This document shows, piece after piece, positions 20,154 through 29,435 of a stretch of DNA of 64,000 bases. Every line of letters begins with the position of its first letter. The stretch's first letter is position 1. Below the pieces are notes generated by a model. The model had not been told where the DNA came from and searched no databases. It saw nothing but the letters and a program-made list of their open reading frames with translations. Source of the DNA: Vulcanimicrobiales bacterium. Lineage in GTDB: Bacteria > Vulcanimicrobiota > Vulcanimicrobiia > Vulcanimicrobiales > Vulcanimicrobiaceae. A program made the position numbers and the translations under genes. Location of the stretch: positions 160,001-224,000 of the forward strand of contig JBBRLI010000002.1 in assembly GCA_038231455.1 (NCBI GenBank), given 5' to 3'.

Positions 20154-21347
20154 CTACAAGCGCTCGAAAATCGTCGCGATGCCTTGGCCCATCCCGATGC
20201 ACATGCTCGCGACACCGTAGCGTCCGCCGCGGCGGCGCAGTTCGTGTAATAAGGTCGTCGTGATGCGCGCGCCGCTGCATCCCAGCGGATGTCCGAGCGC
20301 GATCGCGCCGCCGTTCACGTTAACGATCGCCGGATCGAATCCAATTTCGCGCACGCAGGCGATCGCTTGCGCGGCGAAGGCTTCGTTGAGTTCGACAAGG
20401 TCGATGTCACGGACGCTCAGATGCGCGCGCTCGAGCGCTCTACGCACCGCGCCGATCGGTCCGATACCCATGACTTCGGGACCCACGCCGAACGTCGCTG
20501 AGGTGAGGATGCGCGCCATCGGTGTCCAGCCGTGACGCTGTGCGGACTCGCTGCTGCAGACGAGCAGTGCCGCCGCGCCGTCGTTCAGCGGCGATGAATT
20601 GCCGGCCGTTACCGTACCGCCTGCTTTGAAGGCGGGTTTCAGTTTTGCCAAACTCTCGAGCGTCGTATCGAAACGGGGCGGTTCGTCGCTTGTGACATCG
20701 TAGCTTTTTTTGCCGGCCTCGACGCGGATCGGAACGAGTTCTCCGGCGAAACGACCCGCTTCGGTTGCAGCTTTTGCTTTCATCTGCGAATCCAGGGCGA
20801 AGGCATCTTGGTCGGCGCGCGTGATACCAAACTGTTCGGCGACGTTTTCGGCGGTCGCTCCAAGTGAAATTGGTGGGTACATCGCGGCGAGTCTCGGATT
20901 AAGCCAGCGCGAACCCAGCGTCGTGTCGTGAATCTCCGGGGCGCGATCCCACGCCTTCTCGGCTTTGGCAATCGCAAAGGGCGCGCGCGTCATCGATTCG
21001 GCGCCGCCCGCGATTACGATGTCGTTGACGCCCGCGGCGATCGCGTGATACGCCGAATTGATCGCTTGCAGACCGCTGCCGCAGAGTCGATTCACCGTCG
21101 TTCCCGGGACGCTCGTCGGCAAACCGGCGAGCAAGAGCGCCATGCGCGCAGCGTTGCGGCAGTCTTCGCCCGCTTGATTTGCCGCGCCCCAAAAGACGTC
21201 GTCGATCGAAGCCGGATCAAGACCCATGCGCGCGACGAGCGCGCGGATCGCCTCCGCACCTAAGTCGTCGGGGCGGACGGGCGCAAGAACCCCACCGTAG
21301 CGACCCATCGGCGTGCGCAGTGCATCAATGATAACGGCTTCGGACAA
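20154..21347 (-). CDS. Thiolase, 3-oxoadipyl-CoA thiolase (PcaF/PaaJ)-like
   Basis: RTPMGRYGG, NQAGEDCRNAARM, NRLCGSGL (catalytic Cys), NEAFA, GHPLGCSG and CIGMGQG motifs. Confidence 0.92.
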   Translation of the reverse strand: MSEAVIIDALRTPMGRYGGVLAPVRPDDLGAEAIRALVARMGLDPASIDDVFWGAANQAGEDCRNAARMALLLAGLPTSVPGTTVNRLCGSGLQAINSAYHAIAAGVNDIVIAGGAESMTRAPFAIAKAEKAWDRAPEIHDTTLGSRWLNPRLAAMYPPISLGATAENVAEQFGITRADQDAFALDSQMKAKAATEAGRFAGELVPIRVEAGKKSYDVTSDEPPRFDTTLESLAKLKPAFKAGGTVTAGNSSPLNDGAAALLVCSSESAQRHGWTPMARILTSATFGVGPEVMGIGPIGAVRRALERAHLSVRDIDLVELNEAFAAQAIACVREIGFDPAIVNVNGGAIALGHPLGCSGARITTTLLHELRRRGGRYGVASMCIGMGQGIATIFERL

Positions 21348-21401
21348 CGGAGTTCTCCCAGCGGTAGAGGGGCGCGAGCGTGCGGGACGTAGCTTGCGCT
21401 A

Positions 21402-21950
21402 GTGATTTCGAATGAAACGGCGCCGCCGTCGATCCTTGCAATCGCCCGCGTCTTTGGACGAATTTCTGCGACGGCGTTTGGGGGCGGACAGATTGCGGCG
21501 ATCCGGCGTGAGGTCGTCCGCAACAACGCGTGGTTGACCGAAGACGAATTTCTCGCCTTGCTGGCAATCGCGCAAATTTTACCGGGCGCGAATCCTACCA
21601 ACGTGGCGGTGCTGGTTGGATCGCGTTTGCGAGGCGTCCTCGGTGCAGCCGCGGCGCTCGCTGCGGCGGTCTTGCCCGGCTTTGCAATTCTAATGGTCAT
21701 CGCGGCGATCGCGCTCGACTCGCATGCGCCGGTACTGCGAGGCGCACTCCGCGGCTGCGCGGCGGTTGCCGTCGGATTGACGCTTGCAAATGCAATCGAG
21801 ATGACGCTCCCACGGCGGAAGAGTCTGATCGATCTCGCGCTCATCCTCGCGGTTGGATGTTCGGTTGTTTTTCTCCACCTATCGCTGGTGGTCACGTTGC
21901 TCGTGTTCGTTCCGATCGCGCTGCTTGTGAGGCGCCCGGCCGCCGCGTGA
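21402..21950 (+). CDS. Short-chain chromate transporter (CHR) subunit 1
   Basis: AFGGG, WLTEDEF, AQILPGAN and G.RLRG motifs. Confidence 0.88.
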   Translation: MISNETAPPSILAIARVFGRISATAFGGGQIAAIRREVVRNNAWLTEDEFLALLAIAQILPGANPTNVAVLVGSRLRGVLGAAAALAAAVLPGFAILMVIAAIALDSHAPVLRGALRGCAAVAVGLTLANAIEMTLPRRKSLIDLALILAVGCSVVFLHLSLVVTLLVFVPIALLVRRPAAA

Positions 21951-22465
21951 ATCTCACCCGACTCGCGCTCGTCTTCACCGTCCTCTCACTGCTTGGATTC
22001 GGCGGCGGCAACGCGATCATTCCGCAAATGCACGCCGACGTTGTGGACAAATATCACTGGATAACATCGGTTGATTTTACGCGCTACTATGCGCTTGGAA
22101 AACTCGCACCGGGCCCCACGACAACGATGGCAGCCCTCGTCGGGTATGCGGTAAGCGGTCCGCTCGGTGCGATTGTGGCGACACTTGCCGTTTTCGTTCC
22201 GGCCGGAATTCTGGTAGCCGCGTTCGGCCACTATTGGCAGAAGCTGCGCGGTAATCCATGGCGCGAACGCTTCGCGCGCGCGATCGCGCCAGTGGTCCTT
22301 GGATTGATCTGGGCGGGCGTCGTCACGCTCGCGCACGGCGCGCTCGATTCGCCCGTTACGATCGGACTTGCCGCCGTAGCTGCGGGCGTTCTTCTGTGGT
22401 CGAATTGGAATCAAAGCATCATCGTGCTCGTTGCCGGCGCGGTCGGCGCGATTGCACTGCGGTAG
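21947..22465 (+). CDS. Short-chain chromate transporter (CHR) subunit 2
   Basis: GFGGGN, HWIT...F...YALG..APGP motifs. GTGA overlap with subunit 1. Confidence 0.88.
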   Translation: MNLTRLALVFTVLSLLGFGGGNAIIPQMHADVVDKYHWITSVDFTRYYALGKLAPGPTTTMAALVGYAVSGPLGAIVATLAVFVPAGILVAAFGHYWQKLRGNPWRERFARAIAPVVLGLIWAGVVTLAHGALDSPVTIGLAAVAAGVLLWSNWNQSIIVLVAGAVGAIALR

Positions 22466-22551
22466 AAAATGGCAGGGAACGCGTCGAAATCGGGAAATTG
22501 GCTCCAAAACGGTAATCCGATGCATCGAATTCAACGCTAGGGACGGTACCC

Positions 22552-23355
22552 TTGGTCGCTTCTCAATCTCGTCGCGCGACAGTTTCGGCCGGCGCTAACC
22601 CGCTGCTGCCGGGCCTGCTGTTCGTTCTTGGCATTACCGCGGTCGTCGAAGTCGCCGCGCGGCTTGGCTGGCTCACCAGCTACGTACCGCCGCCCTCGAC
22701 CATCATCGTCGCGCTGTTCGTCGGCTTGTTCAATGGCGAGATTTCAGCCGAGATCGGCATGACGCTGAGCGCGTTTGCCGTCGGACTCCTCTTGGCAACG
22801 TCCCTCGCCATCGTCATCGGCATCCTGATGGGCGCGATTCCGGTCGTGTATGACGGACTCAAGGTCATCGTCGAGTTCTTGCGACCCGTTCCGTCGGTTG
22901 CGATGATTCCGCTTGCGATTCTGTTTCTTGGACTGGGGACGCAGATGCGCGTGGCCGTCATCACCTATGCCGCGTTTTGGCCGCTGCTCATCAGCACGAT
23001 CTACGGCGTGCGCGCGATCGACCCGGTCGCACTCGACACGGCACGTAATTTCGGCGTTCCGCCATTTGAAGCGTTGTACCGCGTCACCTTACCCTCGGCG
23101 CTCGTGAATATTGCGACCGGCCTGCGCGTGTCGGCGTCGATCGCACTCGTGGTAACGGTCACGACCGAACTCGTGGCAGGCAATAGCGGTCTTGGATTCT
23201 ACGTTGCGCAAATGGAGCAGGCCAGCCGCCTGCCGCAAATGTATGCCGCGATTCTGCTTACCGGCGTGCTTGGCTATATCATCAACGTGCTCTTCTCGCT
23301 GCTCGAGAAGAAGGTCGTGTTTTGGTCGCCGGCCAGCCGCGGAGAAACACAATGA
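22552..23355 (+). CDS. NitT/TauT-family ABC permease
   Basis: YVPPPS, FLRPVPSVAMIPL, EAA-loop region, and ELV...GLG motif. Confidence 0.9.
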   Translation: MVASQSRRATVSAGANPLLPGLLFVLGITAVVEVAARLGWLTSYVPPPSTIIVALFVGLFNGEISAEIGMTLSAFAVGLLLATSLAIVIGILMGAIPVVYDGLKVIVEFLRPVPSVAMIPLAILFLGLGTQMRVAVITYAAFWPLLISTIYGVRAIDPVALDTARNFGVPPFEALYRVTLPSALVNIATGLRVSASIALVVTVTTELVAGNSGLGFYVAQMEQASRLPQMYAAILLTGVLGYIINVLFSLLEKKVVFWSPASRGETQ

Positions 23356-24158
23356 GAAACGCATCGCTGCCGGCGAAGCGCCTCTATTGGGGAACCACGA
23401 CGCAGCGCAATTTGCTGGGTGTCGGGGTCGTGTTGCTCTTGCTCGTTTTTTGGCAAGTTGTCGCGACACTCAAAGCCAACGTGTATTTACCGCCGGTCAG
23501 CTCCATCGTCGTGACGTTCGTGCACGAGTGGTTCACGACCCAATTCCGCGATCAGGCGTTACCGAGTTTATACCGGATGATCGTCGGCTATCTTTCGGCG
23601 TGCGCGATCGGCGTGACCGTCGGCGTTCTGATCGGTGCGTACAAGCGGGTGTTCCGCTTGCTCGATCCGTTCTTGCAGTTCTTGCGCGCGATCCCGCCCT
23701 CCGCGATCATTCCCGTTGGCATCCTGCTCATTGGGATCGGCGATCAGATGAAGATCGTCGTGATTTGCTTTGGAGCGGTGTGGCCGATCTTGATCAATGC
23801 CGCCGACGGCGCGCGCAATGTGCCGCGCGAGCGACTCGATACCGCGCGCATTTTCGGCGTCAGCGGCGTCGATACGCTCTTGAGCGTCACGCTCCCCTCG
23901 GCGATGCCGGGCATCTTCGCCGGTTTGCGAACCGGACTTTCGATCGCGTTCATCATGATCGTTGTCTCGGAGATGATCGGCAGCACCAACGGTCTTGGCT
24001 ATTACATCTTGCAATCGCAGCGGACGTTCGCGATCCCGGAAATGTACGGCGGCATCGTGCTACTCGCCATTCTTGGGTACTCGCTGAATGCGGGCTTTAT
24101 CGCCATCGAGCATCGCGTGCTCGCCTGGCATCACGGACAATCTGCGCGCGCCGTCTAG
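23352..24158 (+). CDS. NitT/TauT-family ABC permease
   Basis: YLPP, FLRAIPPSAIIP and EMIGSTNGLG motifs. ATGA overlap. Confidence 0.9.
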   Translation: MRNASLPAKRLYWGTTTQRNLLGVGVVLLLLVFWQVVATLKANVYLPPVSSIVVTFVHEWFTTQFRDQALPSLYRMIVGYLSACAIGVTVGVLIGAYKRVFRLLDPFLQFLRAIPPSAIIPVGILLIGIGDQMKIVVICFGAVWPILINAADGARNVPRERLDTARIFGVSGVDTLLSVTLPSAMPGIFAGLRTGLSIAFIMIVVSEMIGSTNGLGYYILQSQRTFAIPEMYGGIVLLAILGYSLNAGFIAIEHRVLAWHHGQSARAV

Positions 24159-24183
24159 CGCGCGCTGCAAGTAAGGAGACTTG

Positions 24184-24987
24184 GTGAATACGATCGACGA
24201 AAAACTGCTCGACGTTGTCGGACTCGAGAAGCGCTACCACTCGAGCGGCACGCTCGCGATCGAAAGCGTCACGCTCGACGTGCGTCGCTCCGAGTTCGTC
24301 TCAATCGTCGGGCCGTCGGGCTGCGGAAAGACGACCTTGCTCAAAACGATTTGCGGTCTCTTGCATCCAAGCTCCGGGACGGTTCGTTTGAACGGGCGCC
24401 TCATTGCGGAGCCGCCGCCGGAAATGGTCCTCGTCTTCCAAGATTATGCCCGCTCGCTTTTTCCGTGGCTCACCGTTGAGGGCAACGTTGCGTTCCCGCT
24501 CAAGAAGAAAAACTTGAGCAAGGCGGACAAATCCAAGGTCATCGACGACGTGCTGCGCGCCGTCAACCTCGAACGTTTCGCAAAGCACTATCCCTGGCAG
24601 CTCTCGGGCGGTATGCAGCAGCGGGTTGCGATCGCCCGAGCCGTCGCATTCTCGCCGGAAATTCTGCTCCTGGACGAACCGTTCGCGTCGGTCGACGCGC
24701 TAACGCGTGCCGAACTCGAAGATCTGACGCTCGACTTGCGCGATAAGCTCGGTATCACGATGCTGCTCGTGACGCACGATATCGATGAAGCCGTGTATCT
24801 CTCGGATCGGGTGTTCGTGCTCTCGCCGCCGCCATCGGTCGTCGTGCGCGAGTTCGCAATTCCGCTCGGTCGCGCGCGCGATCAGGAAACCACGCGTAGC
24901 GATGCGCGCTTTCTCGAACTGCGCAACGAAATCCATCACCTCATCGGGCGCCCGCGTCAGCTCGCACCGGAGCCGACCGCGGTCTGA
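24184..24987 (+). CDS. NitT/TauT-family ABC ATP-binding protein
   Basis: Walker A GPSGCGKT, LSGGMQQR, Walker B LLLDEPF and VTHD. AAGGAG SD upstream. Confidence 0.93.
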   Translation: MNTIDEKLLDVVGLEKRYHSSGTLAIESVTLDVRRSEFVSIVGPSGCGKTTLLKTICGLLHPSSGTVRLNGRLIAEPPPEMVLVFQDYARSLFPWLTVEGNVAFPLKKKNLSKADKSKVIDDVLRAVNLERFAKHYPWQLSGGMQQRVAIARAVAFSPEILLLDEPFASVDALTRAELEDLTLDLRDKLGITMLLVTHDIDEAVYLSDRVFVLSPPPSVVVREFAIPLGRARDQETTRSDARFLELRNEIHHLIGRPRQLAPEPTAV

Positions 24988-26717
24988 TGCGTCGCGCCAT
25001 TCCGCTTCGCGCGTCGCGCACGTCGCTGCGTGCGCCCGCTGCGGAAGGCTTCATCATGGCCGGCGCGTCGCTGTTGCTCGCGTATCTTGCGATCGTCCCG
25101 GTTGCAACGATGCTCTATGCAAGCTTCCACGTCGGGTTTTTGAGCGACAGCGCTCACTGGTCGATTGCGAACTACACGCGCTCGTTTTCCGATCCCGCAT
25201 TCTACCGACTGCTCGGCAATACGCTCGCCTACGGTGCCTCGGTTGCGGTTCTCGCGATCGTCCTCGGCTTCGGTCTTGCGTTTCTCTACGCGCGCACGGA
25301 CGCGCCGCTACGGAGTCTTGGCATGGCGACGGCGCTCGTGCCGCTCATCTTGCCGGGTATTCTCAATACCGTCTCGTGGTTGTTTCTCGCATCGCCGCGG
25401 ATCGGGATCCTCAATGCGATCGCGCAAACGCTGACGACGCTGCGACCGTTCAACGTCTATTCATTGCCGGGGATGGTATTCGTGCAGGCGATGCACGTCG
25501 CGCCAACGGCTTTCATCATGGCGGTCGCCACATTCACCTCGATGGATCCGGCGATGGAAGAAGCGGCCGTGTCTTCGGGCGCCGGAAGTTTGACCGCGTT
25601 TCGTCGCGTGACGCTCGGACTTGCGCGACCCGCGATCGTCGCTGCAGCACTGCTCGTCTTCATTCAAACGATTTCGTCGTTCGAAGTGCCGCAGCTCATC
25701 GGCGTCCCCGCGAACGTCTCCGTGTTTACAACGCAGATCTACGGCGCGCTGCAAGCGTTCCCGCCGGACTACGGCGGTGCCGCAGCGATGGGCGGCGTGG
25801 TGCTTGTGATCGCGGCGGCGGGGGTAGCGTTTGCGAATCGGCTCAATAGCGCCGGGCGTCACGCGACGGTTACCGGCAAAGCATTCCGGCCGCGCCGGAT
25901 CGAGCTTGGACCGATGCGGCCACTCGCCGGCGCTGCAATCGTCGCATTTTTCACGATCGCCGTCGCGCTGCCGCTGGCGGTTCTTATTTGGGTGTCGTTC
26001 TTACCGGGTTTCGAGATACCGTCGCTTGCGGCGCTGCGTCACCTTACCGGAGCGAACTACATCACGATGTGGAATTATCCGCTCATTCGGCAGTCGATGC
26101 TCAATAGCACGATCGTCTCGCTAAGTGCCGGCGCGATCGTTACCGTGCTTACGGCAATCGTCGCGTACGTGACGCTTAAATCGCGCGTGCGGTTTGCGTG
26201 GTTGCTCGACGTGCTCGTCTCACTGCCGATCGCCGTGCCGAGCATCCTCATGGGCGTGGGTATTTTGTTCTGGTACCTGGTCGCGCCCTTACCGTTCCAT
26301 CTCTACGGCACGCTCGCGCTTTTGGTCATCGGCTTCGTCACGATCGGCATTCCCTATGGCATGCGGTACGCAAGCTCGGGGCTCGCACAGATCCGAGACG
26401 AACTCGAAGAAGCTGCGGCGGCAAGCGGCGCCGATTGGCTCACGCGCTTTTGGCGCATCTACGTGCCGCTCTTGATGCCCTCGCTCCTCGCGGGTTTTCT
26501 GACGACGGTAATCGTCGCGTTCCGCGAGATTTCCGCGGCCATCTTTCTCTACTCGCAAGGCAGCGAAGTCGTTGCGATCGCGATCTTCGATCTGTGGTCG
26601 AACGGGCAGTACCCGGCGATCGCCGCGCTCGGTTGCGTGCTCGTGGTGTTCTTGTTCGGTCTTGTGAGCATCGTCCAACGTTTGGGCGGTCGCTTGGGAC
26701 TGGGCGCCGCTTCATAA
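24987..26717 (+). CDS. FbpB/AfuB-type (Fe3+-like) ABC permease with duplicated TM domain
   Basis: 576 aa with two EAA loops (MEEAAVSSGA and LEEAAAASGA). Confidence 0.9.
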   Translation: MRRAIPLRASRTSLRAPAAEGFIMAGASLLLAYLAIVPVATMLYASFHVGFLSDSAHWSIANYTRSFSDPAFYRLLGNTLAYGASVAVLAIVLGFGLAFLYARTDAPLRSLGMATALVPLILPGILNTVSWLFLASPRIGILNAIAQTLTTLRPFNVYSLPGMVFVQAMHVAPTAFIMAVATFTSMDPAMEEAAVSSGAGSLTAFRRVTLGLARPAIVAAALLVFIQTISSFEVPQLIGVPANVSVFTTQIYGALQAFPPDYGGAAAMGGVVLVIAAAGVAFANRLNSAGRHATVTGKAFRPRRIELGPMRPLAGAAIVAFFTIAVALPLAVLIWVSFLPGFEIPSLAALRHLTGANYITMWNYPLIRQSMLNSTIVSLSAGAIVTVLTAIVAYVTLKSRVRFAWLLDVLVSLPIAVPSILMGVGILFWYLVAPLPFHLYGTLALLVIGFVTIGIPYGMRYASSGLAQIRDELEEAAAASGADWLTRFWRIYVPLLMPSLLAGFLTTVIVAFREISAAIFLYSQGSEVVAIAIFDLWSNGQYPAIAALGCVLVVFLFGLVSIVQRLGGRLGLGAAS

Positions 26718-26727
26718 TCGAGCGCGG

Positions 26728-28110
26728 ATGATCGAAGACGGACTCCCGCTTGCGCAGCGTCGCTTCGCGGTTCTCGCAACGGCCCTGGGCACGCTGCTCT
26801 CGATGATGGATTCGACGATCGCGAACGTCGCGTTGCCGACGATCGCAAGCGATCTTGGCGCGACGGCATCGGCATCGATTTGGATCGTCAACGCCTACCA
26901 GCTCGCGATCGTCATGCTGATCGTGCCGCTGGCAACCTGCGGCGACATCGTCGGCTATTCGCGCGTTTACCGCACGGGTCTCGTGATTTTCATTCTGGCA
27001 TCGGTCATCTGCGCGATGTCGCACTCGCTTGCCACGCTGGCACTAGCTCGATTCGTTCAAGGGATCGGCGCCGCCGCTATGACGACGACGATCGGCTCGC
27101 TCAACCGCCTTGCCTATCCACGAGCGATGCTCGGACGGTCGGCGGGTCAAGGCGCGCTGATGGTTGCCGTCGGCGCTGCGGCAGGCCCCGTCGTCGCCGG
27201 AACGGTCCTCCACTTCGCGCCGTGGCCGTGGCTGTTCCTCATCAACATTCCACTGGGTCTCGTTGCCCTCGGAATCTCGCTGCGTTCGCTCCCGGACCAC
27301 CGCGGCAGCGGAGCGCGCTTTGACTGGCCGAGCGCCATCATGAGCGCGACGAGTTTTGGCCTTCTCGTCGCAACGAGCAGTGCGGTCGGTCATCACGAAG
27401 GTCCCGTTCCGGTCCTCGCGTTTCTTATTGCTACCGTTGCGATGGGTACGATTTTCGTCCGCCGACAGCAACGACTTGCGGTTCCATTATTAGGCGTGGA
27501 CTTATTTGCAAAACCCGTGTTCTCACTCTCGATCGTCTCCTCGGTGACGTCGTTTATCGCCCAGACCGTCGCTTACGTCGCACTCCCGTTTCTGTTCGAA
27601 AACGCGCTCGGGCACTCGCCATTCGTCACCGGGCTCCTCATGCTTCCGTGGCTCGTCGCCGCGGGTCTGATGGCGCCGATTGCCGGGCGACTCTCCGATC
27701 GGTTCGAACCCGGTATCATGGGCGGCCTTGGCATGGTGATTATGGCGATCGGCCTCGGCGCGCTCGTCTTCACGCCGCCGCACGCAAGCATCATCGATGT
27801 GGTGTGGCGCATGGCGCTTTGCGGTTTCGGTTATGGTTTTTTTCAGTCACCGAACAATCGCACGATTCTCGGCACCGTCGCACGCGAGCGAACGGGCGCG
27901 GCACAAGGCATCCTTGCAACGGCGCGCGTCACCGGGCAGACGCTAGGCGCTGCGATCGTCGCGCTCGTTTTTGGTGCGACGCTCGAAGGTCACGCCGGTG
28001 TCGCGGAGCTCGGAGCGATCACGCTCGCGCTCGAAATCGCCGTGGCGTTTGCAATCGCGGCGGCAATCGCGAGTTCGTTCCGCCGTGTGAATTCTGCCAA
28101 TCGTTCTTGA
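26728..28110 (+). CDS. DHA2-type MFS transporter
   Basis: DSTIANVALPTIA, WIVNAYQL, ARFVQGIG, WPWLFLINIPLG and GFFQSPNNR motifs. Confidence 0.92.
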   Translation: MIEDGLPLAQRRFAVLATALGTLLSMMDSTIANVALPTIASDLGATASASIWIVNAYQLAIVMLIVPLATCGDIVGYSRVYRTGLVIFILASVICAMSHSLATLALARFVQGIGAAAMTTTIGSLNRLAYPRAMLGRSAGQGALMVAVGAAAGPVVAGTVLHFAPWPWLFLINIPLGLVALGISLRSLPDHRGSGARFDWPSAIMSATSFGLLVATSSAVGHHEGPVPVLAFLIATVAMGTIFVRRQQRLAVPLLGVDLFAKPVFSLSIVSSVTSFIAQTVAYVALPFLFENALGHSPFVTGLLMLPWLVAAGLMAPIAGRLSDRFEPGIMGGLGMVIMAIGLGALVFTPPHASIIDVVWRMALCGFGYGFFQSPNNRTILGTVARERTGAAQGILATARVTGQTLGAAIVALVFGATLEGHAGVAELGAITLALEIAVAFAIAAAIASSFRRVNSANRS

Positions 28111-28121
28111 CCGCTTAGGAA

Positions 28122-28217
28122 TTACATGACATAAATGGCAAGAGCCCTCGCAAATTGCGAAGGCTCCGCCGCTAAGTGTTTGGATTCGACGCTCCGCGTC
28201 TTAAGCAACCAGGGCAC
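28122..28217 (-). CDS. Candidate 31-aa small ORF (MPWLLKTRSVESKHLAAEPSQFARALAIYVM) behind a very strong SD; may instead be non-coding
   Basis: Minus-strand GGAAAGGGGGTGAT (28225-28238) lies 7 nt before GTG 28217. There is an in-frame ATG at 28226 and a TAA at 28122-28124. Confidence 0.3.
   Translation of the reverse strand: MPWLLKTRSVESKHLAAEPSQFARALAIYVM
28142..28166 (-). terminator. Stem-loop, probable intrinsic terminator for the DUF5343-like transcript
   Basis: On the minus strand GAGCCUUCGCA-AUU-UGCGAGGGCUC forms an 11-bp stem with one G-U pair, extendable by GGCG/UGCC, followed by AUUUAUGUCAUG. The same position is a C-A mismatch on the plus strand. Confidence 0.6.
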
Positions 28218-28262
28218 AGGGTCCATCACCCCCTTTCCAGGGTATCAGTGGCAATCAGCGGG

Positions 28263-29015
28263 TCAGGCTACAATGCTTGACTCGCTTTTAGTTTTCGACG
28301 CCATGTTTTTTACGAATAAAAACGCCGCTTTAAACACGAGATACCATTCTTCTAGCTCCTCGGCCGTGTCAAGATCTGGAACCGATTTTAATAGGCCAGC
28401 AAGTACCGGATTGAGGCCGGTATTGTACTCGATCGGCCGCGTCGGTGGCGCCTCTTGAGGGACAGGAGGTGCATCGGCGGCGCTCACTTTGCGAGGCAAT
28501 TCCGTGGTTGCCGTTTCCACACGCGAACGTTTAACGGGTGGCGAATTTGCACGACGCGCGGCGCCGTCGCGTTGAGGAGGTGCTTCTTTAAGGGGCATGC
28601 CGGCGAGAGCGCACAGGCCCAGAAAACATGCGACCATTCGCGAGCGCTGTGCTTGAGGTTGTTCGTGCCGAAATGCATCGTCAATGCGTGTCCGCGAGTC
28701 AATGGACGGATTTCGAATTTCGAAAACCTTGCGGTAAGATTTGCGGATTATTTCTTCAAGCACGGATGGGTATTCTTCAGACGTCGCCGTTCGGAGGCGC
28801 TGGGCGACATCAGTTGTGAAGCCCAAGTCATCGACCAATCCCAAATATCTCAGCGCGTGCATATTTTTTGTAGAAAGGTGCGCTGAAAGTCCGATACGCT
28901 CCAGCCATTCCTTTCCCAGCTGCTCGGGCATCGAGCGATCACGCCAGGTATCGAATATCGCTTTGAGGTTCGCCGTTGGTCCATAAGGTGGCGAAGCGCT
29001 GTTTCCTTGCTCCAT
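28263..29015 (-). CDS. DUF5343-like protein (250 aa)
   Basis: N-terminal pattern PPY...L....P.....WL..IG.....ALRYLGLVD..G..T...L..II..SY..VF....DAF......RM...FL.L...AG, then a Pro/Ala/Arg linker and a C-terminal P.L.GLL..VP...W...F helix. Start at ATG 29015, downstream of the promoter. Family assignment from memory of the motif. Confidence 0.7.
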   Translation of the reverse strand: MEQGNSASPPYGPTANLKAIFDTWRDRSMPEQLGKEWLERIGLSAHLSTKNMHALRYLGLVDDLGFTTDVAQRLRTATSEEYPSVLEEIIRKSYRKVFEIRNPSIDSRTRIDDAFRHEQPQAQRSRMVACFLGLCALAGMPLKEAPPQRDGAARRANSPPVKRSRVETATTELPRKVSAADAPPVPQEAPPTRPIEYNTGLNPVLAGLLKSVPDLDTAEELEEWYLVFKAAFLFVKNMASKTKSESSIVA

Positions 29016-29035
29016 GTTTCTCGCTTTCCAAAAAC

Positions 29036-29064
29036 AATGTAGCACCCATGCAAAGCGTCGTCAA
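29036..29064 (-). promoter_or_regulatory. Sigma70-type promoter of the DUF5343-like gene
   Basis: Minus strand TTGACG (29064-29059), a 17-nt spacer ending in TGc (extended -10), then TACATT (29041-29036). Confidence 0.7.
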
Positions 29065-29070
29065 TACCCG

Positions 29071-29096
29071 CAGGAAAACAAGTGTTTGTTTTCCTG
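29071..29096. promoter_or_regulatory. Perfect 11-bp inverted repeat, candidate operator
   Basis: CAGGAAAACAA-GTGT-TTGTTTTCCTG lies between the divergent genes. Additional half-sites AAAACAA (29031-29037) and TTGTTTTC (29107-29114). Confidence 0.7.
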
Positions 29097-29129
29097 GAAC
29101 TGGCCCTTGTTTTCAGGCATGCTAGTGCT

Positions 29130-29387
29130 ATGGGAATTCATATCTACAAGGTCGCTGGCGGTTGGCAGGCCGAGGACGATCAGCTAGTGATCGCTTGCTT
29201 CGGCCAAGACGTCGAAAGAGCTACGGCTGCTCTGGAGCGGGCTTGCCAGCGCGCTCGAGATATCGCTTCGCGATGGGCAAATATGGCTGAAATTGACGAA
29301 CAATTTACCACGGAAGAGCTATCTGAAATGGAAATTGCTAAATCGGAAATCGCTCACGGACAGACACGTGTAATTCGAATAAAATAG
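29130..29387 (+). CDS. Putative antitoxin (HicB-like N-terminus, acidic RelB-like tail), 85 aa
   Basis: Directly upstream of relE. N-terminus GGWQAE...L.IACFG...E.A...L; tail EQFTTEELSEMEIAKSEIAHGQ. Confidence 0.6.
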   Translation: MGIHIYKVAGGWQAEDDQLVIACFGQDVERATAALERACQRARDIASRWANMAEIDEQFTTEELSEMEIAKSEIAHGQTRVIRIK

Positions 29388-29435
29388 GTCTCCAAGCCGA
29401 GGAAGCCACTGCGGCTGCGAGAACGTTTCCGGTGG

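Noticed and set aside
28225-28238. Fragment of a 16S rRNA gene
   Set aside because: Only about 14 nt resemble the 16S 3' tail and no flanking rRNA sequence is present. Better read as an SD-like element on the minus strand.
28135-28458. 107-aa plus-strand ORF in the islet
   Set aside because: It overlaps the DUF5343-like gene antisense, has no recognisable motif, and crosses a hairpin that pairs better on the minus strand.
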